NCBI RefSeq assembly: GCF_044704955.1
Contig: NC_091992.1
Span: 111,848,001 to 111,912,000, forward strand
DNA: 64,000 nt
Source: Pristiophorus japonicus
Lineage: Eukaryota
Direction: 5' to 3'
This document shows positions 47,244 through 58,097 of the stretch, one piece after another. How positions within the stretch are numbered: position 1 is the stretch's first letter; every line of letters starts with the position of its first letter. The notes under the pieces were generated by a model, which was not told the DNA's origin, searched no databases, and saw only the letters and a program-made list of their open reading frames with translations. Both the position numbers and the translations under genes were made by a program.

Positions 47244-50200
47244 AAAGGGGGTAAGGGGAGGAGAAAGGGGGTGGGGGGGGGCGGAAGAAGGAAGGGGGGT
47301 GGGGGGGGGAAGAAGGAAGGAGGGTGGGGGGGGGAAGGAGGAAGGGGGTGGGGGGGGAAGGAGGAAGGGGGTGGGGGGGAAGGAGGAAGGGGGTGGGGGG
47401 GTGGAAGGAGGAAGGGGGTGGGGGGGTAAGGAGGAAGGGGGTGGGGGGGTAAGGAAGAAGGGGGTGGGGGGGTAAGGAAGAAGGGGGTTGGGGGGTAAGG
47501 AGGAAGGGGGTGGGGGGGGGGGGGTAAGGAGGAAGGGGGGGGGGGGTAAGGAGGAAGGGGGGGGGTAAGGAGGAAGGGGGTGGGGGGGGTAAGGAGGAAG
47601 GGGGTGGGGGGGGTAAGGAGGAAGGGGGTGGGGGGGTAAGGAGGAAGGGGGTGGGGGGGTAAGGAGGAAGGGGGTGGGGGGGGGTAAGGAGGAAGGGGGT
47701 GGGGGGGTAAGGAAGAAGGGGGTGGGGGGGGTAAGGAAGAAGGGGGTGGGGGGGGTAAGGAAGAAGGGGGTGGGGGGGGTAAGGAGGAAGGGGGTGGGGG
47801 GGGGGGGTAAGGAGGAAGGGGGGGGTAAGGAGGAAGGGGGTGGGGGGGTAAGGAGGAAGGGGTGGGGGGGGTAAGGAGGAAGGGGTGGGGGGGGTAAGGA
47901 GGAAGGGGGTGGGGGGTAAGGAGGAAGGGGGTGGGGGGGGTAAGGAGGAAGGGGGTGGGGGGGGTAAGGAGGAAGGGGGTGGGGGGGTAAGGAGGAAGGG
48001 GGTGGGGGGGGTAAGGAGGAAGGGGGTGGGGGGGTAAGGAGGAAGGGGGTGGGGGGGGTAAGGAGGAAGGGGGTGGGGGGGGTAAGGAGGAAGGGGGTGG
48101 GGGGGGTAAGGAGGAAGGGGGTGGGGGGGGTAAGGAGGAAGGGGGTGGGGGGGTAAGGAGGAAGGGGGTGGGGGGGGTAAGGAGGAAGGGGGTGGGGGGG
48201 GGTAAGGAGGAAGGGGGTGGGGGGGGTAGGAGGAAGGGGGTGGGGGGGTAAGGTGGAAGGGGGTGGGGGGGTAAGGAGGAAGGGGGTGGGGGGGTAAGGA
48301 GGAAGGGGGTGGGGGGGTAAGGAGGAAGGGGGTGGGGGGGGTAAGGAGGAGGGGTGGGGGGGTAAGGAGGAAGGGGGTGGGGGGGTAAGGAGGAAGGGGG
48401 TGGGGGGGTAAGGAGGAAGGGGGTGGGGGGGTAAGGAGGAAGGGGGTGGGGGGGTAAGGAGGAAGGGGGTGGGGGGGTAAGGAGCAAGGGGGTGGGGGGG
48501 TAAGGAGCAAGGGGGTGGGGGGGTAAGGAGGAAGGGGGTGGGGGGGGAAGGAGGAAGGGGGTGGGGGGGGAAGGAGGAAGGGGGTGGGGGGGGAAGGAGG
48601 AAGGGGGTGGGGGGGGAAGGAGGAAGGGGGTGGGGGGGGAAGGAGGAAGGGGGTGGGGGGGGAAGGAGGAAGGGGGTGGGGGGGGAAGGAGGAAGGGGGT
48701 GGGGGGGTGGAAGGAGGAAGGGGGTGGGGGGGTAAGGAGGAAGGGGGTGGGGGGGTAAGGAGGAAGGGGGTGGGGGGGGTAAGGAAGAAGGGGGTTGGGG
48801 GGTAAGGAGGAAGGGGGTGGGGGGGTAAGGAGGAAGGGGGGGGGGGTAAGGAGGAAGGGGGGGGGGGTAAGGAGGAAGAGGGTGGGGGGGTAAGGAGGAA
48901 GGGGGTGGGGGGGTAAGGAGGAAGGGGGTGGGGGGGTAAGGAGGAAGGGGGTGGGGGGGTAAGGAGGAAGGGGGTGGGGGGGGGGGGGTAAGGAGGAAGG
49001 GGGTGGGGGGGGGGTAAGGAGGAAGGGGGTGGGGGGGGTAAGGAGGAAGGGGGTGGGGGGGGGTAAGGAGGAAGGGGGTGGGGGGGGTAAGGAAGAAGGG
49101 GGTGGGGGGGGTAAGGAAGAAGGGGTGTGGGGGTAAGGAAGAAGGGGGTGGGGGGGTAAGGAGGAAGGGGGTGGGGGGGGTAAGGAGGAAGGGGGGGGTA
49201 AGGAGGAAGGGTGTGGGGGGGGTAAGGAGGAAGGGGTGGGGGGGGTAAGGAGGAAGGGGGTGGGGGGGGTAAGGAGGAAGGGGGTGGGGGGGGTAAGGAG
49301 GAAGGGGGTGGGGGGGGGTAAGGAGGAAGGGGTGGGGGGGGTAAGGAGGAAGGGGGTGGGGGGGGTAAGGAGGAAGGGGGTAGGGGGGGTAAGGAGGAAG
49401 GGGGTGGGGGGGTAAGGAGGAAGGGGGTGGGGGGGGTAAGGAGGAAGGGGGTGGGGGGGGTAAGGAGGAAGGGAGTGGGGGGGGTAAGGAGGAAGGGGGT
49501 GGGGGGGGTAAGGAGGAAGGGGGGTGGGGGGGGGGGGTAAGGAGGAAGGGGGTGGGGGGGTAAGGAGGAAGGGGGTGGGGGGGTAAGGAGGAAGGGGGTG
49601 GGGGGGTAAGGAGGAAGGGGGTGGGGGGGTAAGGAGGAAGGGGGTGGGGGGGTAAGGAGGAAGGGGTGGGGGGTAAGGAGGAAGGGGGTGGGGGGTAAGG
49701 AGGAAGGGCTGGGGGGTAAGGAGGAAGGGGGGTGGGGGGGTAAGGAGGAAGGGGGTGGGGGGGGTAAGGAGGAAGGGGGTGGGGGGGCCTGGGGGNNNNN
49801 NNNNNNNNNNNNNNNNNNNNNNNNNNNNNNNNNNNNNNNNNNNNNNNNNNNNNNNNNNNNNNNNNNNNNNNNNNNNNNNNNNNNNNNNNNNNNNNNNNNN
49901 NNNNNNNNNNNNNNNNNNNNNNNNNNNNNNNNNNNNNNNNNNNNNNNNNNNNNNNNNNNNNNNNNNNNNNNNNNNNNNNNNNNNNNNNNNNNNNNGGGGG
50001 GGTAAGGAGGAAGGGGGTGGGGGGGGGTAAGGAGGAAGGGGGTGGGGGGGGGGGGGGTAAGGAGGAAGGGGGTGGGGGGGTAAGGAGGAAGGGGGTGGGG
50101 GGGTAAGGAGGAAGGGGGTGGGGGGGGTAAGGAGGAAGGGGGTGGGGGGGTAAGGAGGAAGGGGGTGGGGGGGTAAGGAGGAAGGGGGTGGGGGGGTAAG

Positions 50201-53200
50201 GAGGAAGGGGGTGGGGGGTAAGGAGGAAGGGGGTGGGGGGGTAAGGAGGAAGGGGGGTGGGGGGGTAAGGAGGAAGGGGGTGGGGGGGTAAGGAGGAAGG
50301 GGGTGGGGGGGTAAGGAGGAAGGGGGTGGGGGGGTAAGGAGGAAGGGGGTGGGGGGGTAAGGAGGAAGGGGGTGGGGGGGTAAGGAGGAAGGGGGTGGGG
50401 GGGTAAGGAGGAAGGGGGGGGAAGAGGGGGGTGGGGGGGTAAGGAGGAAGGGGGTGGGGGGGTAAGGAGGAAGGGGGTGGGGGGGTAAGGAGGAAGGGGG
50501 TGGGGGGTAAGGAGGAAGGGGGTGGGGGGGTAAGGAGGAAGGGGGTGGGGGGGGTAAGGAGGAAGGGGGTGGGGGGGTAAGGAGGAAGGGGGTGGGGGGG
50601 TAAGGAGGAAGGGGGTGGGGGGGGTAAGGAGGAAGGGGGTGGGGGGGTAAGGAGGAAGGGGGTGGGGGGGTAAGGAGGAAGGGGGTGGGGGGGTAAGGAG
50701 GAAGGGGGTGGGGGGGTAAGGAGGAAGGGGGTGGGGGGGTAAGGAGGAAGGGGGTGGGGGGGTAAGGAGGAAGGGGGTGGGGGGGTAAGGAGGAAGGGGG
50801 TGGGGGGGTAAGGAGGAAGGGGGTGGGGGGGTAAGGAGGAAGGGGGTGGGGGGGTAAGGAGGAAGGGGGTGGGGGGGTAAGGAGGAAGGGGTGGGGGGGT
50901 AAGGAGGAAGGGGGTGGGGGGGGTAAGGAGGAAGGGGGTGGGGGGGTAAGGAGGAAGGGGGTGGGGGGGTAAGGAGGAAGGGGGTGGGGGGGTAAGGAGG
51001 AAGGGGGTGGGGGGGGGTAAGGAGGAAGGGGGTGGGGGGGTAAGGAGGAAGGGGGTGGGGGGGTAAGGAGGAAGGGGGTGGGGGGGTAAGGAGGAAGGGG
51101 GTGGGGGGGTAAGGAGGAAGGGGGTGGGGGGTAAGGAGGAAGGGGGTGGGGGGGTAAGGAGGAAGGGGGTGGGGGGGTAAGGAGGAAGGGGGTGGGGGGG
51201 TAAGGAGGAAGGGGGTGGGGGGGTAAGGGAGGAAGGGGGTGGGGGGGTAAGGAGGAAGGGGGTGGGGGGGTAAGGAGGAAGGGGGTGGGGGTAAGGAGGA
51301 AGGGGGTGGGGGGGTAAGGAGGAAGGGGGTGGGGGGGTAAGGAGGAAGGGGGTGGGGGGTAAGGAGGAAGGGGGTGGGGGGGAAAGGAGGAAGGGGGTGG
51401 GGGGGTAAGGAGGAAGGGGGTGGGGGGGTAAGGAGGAAGGGGGTGGGGGGGTGGAGGAAGGGGGTGGGGGGGTAAGAAGGAAGGGGGTGGGGGGGGAAGA
51501 AGGAAGGGGGTGGGGGGGTAGGAGGAAGGGGTGGGGGGAAGAAGGAAGGGGGTGGGGGGGAGAAAGAAGGAAGGGGGTGGGGGGGAAGGAGGAAGGGGGT
51601 GCGGGGGGTAAGAAGGAAGGGGGTGGGGGGGAAGAAAGAAGGAAGGGGGTGGGGGGAAGAAAGAAGGAAGGGGGTGGGGGGGGAAGAGGAAGGGGGTGGG
51701 GGGAAGAAAGAAGGAAGGGGGTGGGGGGGAAGAAAGAAGGAAGGGGGTGGGGGGGAAGAAAGAAGGAAGGGGGTGGGGGGAAGAAAGAAGGAAGGGGGTG
51801 GGGGGGAAGAAAGAAGGAAGGGGGTGGGGGGGAAGAAAGAAGGAAGGGGGTGGGGGGGGAAAGAAGGAAGGGGGTGGGGGGGAAGAAGGAAGGGGGTGGG
51901 GGGAAGAAGGAAGGGGGTGGGGGGAAGAAGGAAGGGGGTGGGGGGGAAAGAAGGAAGGGGGTGGGGGGGAAGAAGGAAGGGGGTGGGGGGAAAGAAGGAA
52001 GGGGGTGGGGGGGGAAGAAGGAAGGGGGTGGGGGGGGAAGAAGGAAGGGGGTGGGGGGGAAGAAGGAAGGGGGTGGGGGGGAAGAAGGAAGGGGGTGGGG
52101 GGGAAGAAGGAAGGGGGTGGGGGGGGAAGAAGGAAGGGGGTGGGGGGGGAAGAAGGAAGGGGGTGGGGGGGAAAAGAAGGAAGGGGATGGGGCCGGAAGG
52201 AAGGGGTGGGGGGGAAGAAGGAAGGGGGTGGGGGGAAGAAGGAAGGGGGTGGGGGGGGGGAAGGAAGGGGGGTGGGGGGGGGGAAGAAGGAAGGGGGTGG
52301 GGGGGGAAGAAGGAAGGGGGTGGGGGGGGAAGAAGGAAGGGGGTGGGGGGGGAAGAAGGAAGGGGGTGGGGGGAAGAAGGAAGGGGGTGGGGGGGGGAAG
52401 AAGGAAGGGGGTGGGGGGGGGAAGAAGGAAGGGGGTGGGGGGGGAAGAAGGAAGGGGGTGGGGGGGGAAGAAGGAAGGGGGTGGGGGGGGAAGAAGGAAG
52501 GGGGTGGGGGGGGAAGAAGGAAGGGGGTGGGGGGGGGGGGAAGAAGGAAGGGGGTGGGGGGGGAAGAAGGAAGGGGGTGGGGGGGGGAAGAAGGAAGGGG
52601 GTGGGGGGGGAAGAAGGAAGGGGGTGGGGGGGGAGAAGGAAGGGGGTGGGGCGGGGAAGAAGGAAGGGGGTGGGTGGGGGAAGAAGGAAGGGGGTGGGGG
52701 GGGGGAGAAGGAAGGGGGTGGGGGGGGAAGAAGGAAGGGGGTGGGGGGGGAGGGAAGGGGGTGGGGGGGGAAGAAGGAAGGGGTGGGGGGAAGAAGGAAG
52801 GGGGTTGGGGGGGGAAGAAGGAAGGGGGGTGGGGGGGGGAAGAAGGAAGGGGGTGGGGGGGGAAGAAGGAAGGGGGTGGGGGGGGAAGAAGGAAGGGGGT
52901 GGGGGGGGTGAAAGAAGGAAGGGGGTGGGGGGGAAAGAAGGAAGGGGGTGGGGGGGAAGAAGGAAGGGGGTGGGGGGGGGGAAGAAGGAAGGGGGTGGGG
53001 GGAAGAAGGAAGGGGGTGGGGGGGGAAGAAGGAAGGGGGTGGGGGGGGGGAAGAAGGAAGGGGGTGGGGGGGAAGAAGGAAGGGGGTGGGGGGAAGAAGG
53101 AAGGGGGTGGGGGGGGGGAAGAAGGAAGGGGGTGGGGGGGGAAGAAGGAAGGGGGTGGGGGGGGGTGGGGGGGGGGAAGAAGGAAGGGGGTGGGGGGGGG

Positions 53201-53616
53201 GGGGAAGGAAGGGGGTGGGGGGGAAAGAAGGAAGGGGGTGGGGGGGGGAAGAAGGAAGGGGGTGGGGGGAAGAAGGAAGGGGGTGGGGGGGAAGAAGGAA
53301 GGGGGTGGGGGGGGGGGAAGAAGGAAGGGGGTGGGGGGGGGAAGAAGGAAGGGGGTGGGGGGGGGGAAGAAGGAAGGGGGTGGGGGGGGGGAAGAAGGAA
53401 GGGGGTGGGGGGGGGGAAGAAGGAAGGGGGTGGGGGGGGGGGAAGAAGGAAGGGGGTGGGGGGGAAGAAGGAAGGGGGTGGGGGGGGGGGAAGAAGGAAG
53501 GGGGTGGGGGGGGGGAAGAAGGAAGGGGGTGGGGGGGGAAGAAGGAAGGGGGTGGGGGGGAAGAAGGAAGGGGGCTGGGGGGGGGAAGAAGGATGGGGGT
53601 GGGGGGGGGAAGGAAG
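47244..53616 (+). repeat. G-rich ~23-bp satellite (TAAGGAGGAAGGGGGTGGGGGGG, changing to GAAGAAGGAAGGGGGTGGGGGGG)
   Basis: Direct inspection; hundreds of units with variable G-run length. Confidence 0.97.
49796..49995. other. Assembly gap (200 N)
   Basis: N run. Confidence 1.
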
Positions 53617-54450
53617 ACTTGTTATTTTATATTGCGCCTTTCATAAGAACATAATATAAGAACATAAGAAATAGAAGCAGGAGTAGGCCATTCGGCCCCT
53701 CGAGCCTGCTCCGCCATTCGATAAGATCATGGCTGATCGGATCATGGCCTCAATTCCACTTCCCTGCCCACTCCCCATAACCCATAACTCCCTTATCATT
53801 CAAAAATCTGTCTATCTCCCCCTTAAATATATTCAATGACTCAGCCTTCACCACTCTCCGGGGTAGAGAATTTCACAGATTCACGACCCTCTGAGAAGAA
53901 ATTTCTCCTCATCTCCGTTTTAAATGGGCAACCACTTATTCTGAAACTATGCCCCCGAGTTCAAGATTCCCCCTCGAGGGAAAACATTCTCTCTGCATCT
54001 ACCTCTGCATGACCACCGGACGTCTCAAAGCGCTATACAGCCAATGAAGTACATTTGAAATGTAGTCATGTGGTAATGTAGGAAACGCGGCAGCCAATAT
54101 GCTCACAGCAAGCTCCCACAAACAGCAATGGGATAATGACCAGATAATCTGTGTTTTTTTTTTAAATAGAGATGTTGATTGAAGGATAAATATTGGCCAG
54201 AACACTGGGGATAACTCCCCTGCTCTTCTTCAAAATAATGTCATGGGATCTTTTAGATCTACCAGAGAGAGCAGACAGGGCCGCGGTTTAATGTCTCATC
54301 AAATAAACGGTGCCTGCAACACTGCAGCACTCCCTCAGCACTGCACTGGAGTGTCAGTCTAGATTTATCTGTTATAGTCCCTGGAGTGGGACTCAAACCA
54401 ACAACTTTCTGACTCAGAGGTGAGTGTGTTACCCACTGACCCACAGCTGA
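53613..54450 (-). mobile_element. Deu-domain SINE interrupted by a CR1 3' fragment
   Basis: GCGCCTTTCAT|...|GACCACCGGACGTCTCAAAGCGCT rejoins the SINE tail; head near 54380-54450. Confidence 0.85.
53644..54008 (-). mobile_element. CR1 3' fragment
   Basis: (AAGAACAT)n tail and similarity to 32200-32535. Confidence 0.88.
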
Positions 54451-54590
54451 AGGATGCATCCTATTCAAGAGAAAGCAAAATTCTCAAGTATTTTAACCCT
54501 TTCAATGGAGAAGTAAGATTCCAATTACGTGGTCCTTGTCCATTTTAGGAATATTGCCAGTCTTCTTTTGTAAAGTTTATTTATCAAGTG

Positions 54591-54947
54591 CAGGTTGAAC
54601 CTCCCTTATCCGGAACCCTCGAGACCTGGTTTGTTCTGGATAAGGGATTTTTCCGGACGAGGGGAGATCACGTTAAATTGGATGGTACAGGTACTAAGCA
54701 AGGGGATATCGGGACTGGCTGGCTTGAGGCTGGGAGTGCGGCAGAGAGATCATGGGGGTGGGGGAACGGTGTATCGCGGGGTCAGGCCAGCGATTGCAGC
54801 AGTCGGCAGCAAGGAAGGACTTCAATTTGTTCGTGTCAGAGTTCTGCGCATGCGCCACCCAGTGGCCGGGAATGATTCTGGACGAGGGGTGGTTTTGGAT
54901 AAGGGAGTTCTGAATAAGGGAGTTCTGGATAAGGGAGGTTCAACTTG
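54591..54947. mobile_element. Tc1/mariner-pogo (Tigger-like) MITE
   Basis: TIR CAGGTTGAACCTCCCTTATCC and GGATAAGGGAGGTTCAACTTG, TA on the right; repeated GGATAAGGGA subterminal motifs. Confidence 0.82.
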
Positions 54948-55289
54948 TACTCAAACTTCAAACCAGTTCCAACCTACTTAAATTAAAACTGCCAAGACTC
55001 ACATGCACAACTTTCAGCATTTCATTTGAAATTATTAAGATAGAGAAATATTTGTAGTCGGCATCATGCACACAGTTATTAATGTAAGCATTTCACAAAT
55101 CACAAAAATTACTTCACAATTCAAATATTTCATTATGGAATCACAAGTCTTGAAAGTAGACCCCTGTTTTCCCTCTCATGCGAATGTAGACATCATTACA
55201 CTTAATCCTAAGAGAGCATGGGGCCATTCTACTGGTCCACCCCAAAATAATCCACCCACTCAGCCAAACACCTCTCATGCTCACAGCTA

Positions 55290-57999
55290 GGGCTAGACTT
55301 TCCACTTTGCTGTCTATCGCCCAAAAAATGGGCGATGTTCCAGCGATGTTCGATGTCCCAGCCTTGCCGATCACTGGCTCATCACCTATTTTTTTGATGG
55401 TAATTTTCCACTCGGCGATAGGCCAGTGATGCAAAAGGTCAGCGCTGTGATGCTCGTCCAATGAATGGCCAGCAATGTGGAAGGCAAAAGCTTCCCGAGC
55501 AACGGCCTTCTGCGCATGCAATTTAATTTTTTTTTCCAGTTTACAGCATTTTGCGCATTTCTAGAGGTCAGGGGTCAACCACACATTGGGGAGAGAGGAG
55601 AGGAGAGATAAAGGAGAGAGTTTTTGGTGTTGGAGGGAGGAGATTTGTGGAGTTTTGTTGAGTTTTTTGCCGTTGGAGATTTGGATAAAGTGTTTTTTGC
55701 CTTTGGAGAGTTGGAGATTTGGATAAATTGTAGAGATGTCATCATCATCGTCGTCAGAGAGCCTGGATGGGGGTCGGAAAAGGGCAAAGCCATTTTTGGA
55801 CGAGGCCAACGAGGCCCTCGTCGAGGAGGTCCACTCCAGGTGGGCAGAACTTATCTGGGGTGCTAAGGGAAAACCTCCAACCTGGGCGTACAGGAAGCTC
55901 TGGTCTGAGATTGTGGATGTCATCTCCTCGGTATCCCAGGAGGCGAGGGGGGCCTAACCGGAAGCACTGGAACAGCCTTGTGGCGTCAGCTAGAGTAAGT
56001 ACAGATTTTATATTGTATTGAAGAAGATTATAATTAAAACTGTAAAATAGTAAATCTCCTGGATTGAATTAAATGTTGTAAATTCTTACATACATACATA
56101 CGCATATATACATATGTAGATCCAAAACACGCTGATCTTTGTTATAACCATGCATCAATTGTGGATCTCATTTGCATCTAACATTTAAAGCTGTTGTCTC
56201 TCCATGAAACTACCTAGTCAATTAGCTTATGCCATGCTCTTTTCACGTTTGCAGAAGAAGATATCTAACAACAAGGCGTGCTGGAGGTGCACCGGAGGGG
56301 GCCCTGCTTACATGCAGACTTTAAGTGAGCTGGAGGAGTGTGCAGCAGTGCCGGTGGGGACCACCAGTCGCTCAGCCACCACCCATGGTGTTGCAGGACC
56401 TTCCCATGCGTCACGTGAGTAATGTGCGGAACAGTTTTAAAGTAATGTAACATCATTTAATTAAAATGCAATGTACGGATGATGTCATGTCATGTCATGA
56501 ATGCAGCCTTTGTGCTACTCTCAGGTTGACAACATAAGCAATAAGAACAGGGGAAGGTCATCTGGCCAACTGTCCCCTTCTCTCTGCGCTCCCCATAAAC
56601 CCGTGTGTCCATCTGCGACCGATGCAGCCGTGGCAGGTTTTCTGGGACAGTTAAATCCACATGAAACATTAATATGTAAAGTCTTGTCGGTAATGTGTAC
56701 CCTTCTGTTCTAATAAGCTCAATAGGCTTAATTGTGCTTTGAAGGTCAACCAGAGGCTCAAGTGGAGGCCGCACAGGAGGAAGAGGATACGACCGAGCCA
56801 GAGGAGGAGGAAGAGGAAGAAATGGAGGAAGCCACAGAGGGGGATGAACCTGCGGCCACCATGGAACTGAAGATATTGCGACTGAAGAGGCGCCGGGACT
56901 GAGCGGCATGCAGCCGGCAACGCCAAGGCGCATTATAGTGTGCGCACCGACCCCACAGAGTTCAGGTCAGCGAGCTCAGCCCTCGCCTGCAGTGGACGAT
57001 CGGATAGAGGGCTCGATTTCCCTGTGCGAGGAGACGGTCGTGATAAATCGCAAGCATCTCCAGCGGCTCGGAGGGGAATTTTCCCGGATGTCCGCTGCCC
57101 AAGCGGAGGCAATGCAGCAGACGCTGGAGGAGATGCGTGCACTGGTGGCTGAGCACGGTGCTGCACCCCAAGGTGCCATGCTTGATCGAAGCACAACGCC
57201 CAACACACAAGCGAGTCAGGAGGAAGCACATCCTTCTGACTTGGAAGACGATGCCCCTGCCCGTACTTCGTCTGCCCCTCCAACACCCCCCCCCCCCCCC
57301 CCCAACAGCCGATCATGCCACCATCATCCCCACCATGGCAGTAAGTCTTGCCGTTGCCCGCTGCACGCCCGCGTTGTCTCGGTACCGGTGGGTCCAGGAT
57401 CTGGAGGGAAACGTGACCGCAGGTAGGGAGGGGGGTATTATTGTCCTTCATGTTTTTCTTGTTGCTCTTCTTGTTACTGTTGCTGTTGTGGGGGTGGGGG
57501 CTGGGTGGGAACTGGCGGGCGGGGGGGGGGGGGGTTTAAAATTAAAATTGTTAATAAAGCTTTGTTGAATCTTACAATTGTTGTGCACTGTCGTTTAATA
57601 ACGCGAGTAAAGTTAAAACATTAATGCAACTGTTGCACATTTAAATATAAGTATAAATGTGAGTGGATCCATCAGTAAAAGGATGTTAAAAGCATCTTTT
57701 AGCAGCCTTCTCCCTTCCTCAGACGTTCAAAATGGCGTCCGTAGTGCCGAGTTCTATGAAGGCGGCCAGGAAAAAGCAACTATTCTCCAGTGATGTGCTC
57801 GGCGAGCTATCAGCCCGACGACGTGCCGAAAATTGGGCTGGACAATGTGCAGGCGATCACCTCAGCGATCAGCTCGGCGATGTAAGCCAAAAGTCAGGGG
57901 GATTATTTTTCGGCAATGATCCAGCCTGAATTTCCACTTTTTTGTCAAAATGGGCGATGAAAGGCCGATTTGGGCGATGTGAAGTGGAAAGTCTAGCCC
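55290..57999 (+). mobile_element. Harbinger element retaining the Myb/SANT accessory gene but no transposase
   Basis: Perfect 18-bp TIR GGGCTAGACTTTCCACTT and AAGTGGAAAGTCTAGCCC; TSD CTA; repeated GGCGAT/ATCGCC subterminal motifs. Confidence 0.93.
55736..57426 (+). pseudogene. Three-exon Myb/SANT-like (MSANTD-type) Harbinger accessory gene, disrupted; exons ~55736-55994, 56255-56414, 56745-57426
   Basis: RKRAKPFLDEANEALVEEV...LWSEIVDVISSVS...RKHWNSL|GTAAGT; ttgcag|KKISNN...TGGGP...ELEE|GTGAGT; acidic third exon; AATAAA near 57553. Stop plus frameshift in exon 1. Confidence 0.8.
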
Positions 58000-58097
58000 C
58001 TAGAGTCATGTCCATAAGCAGATAGTGTTTCTTACAAACTGAAAGCTGCATTTTTATTCTCTACCATAAGTGGATTGGCATAGCCCAAATCTAACTA

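Noticed and set aside
47048-53659. Long Pro-rich and Gly-rich ORFs (424-686 aa)
   Set aside because: Translations of the G-rich satellite; no coding signal beyond the absence of stops.
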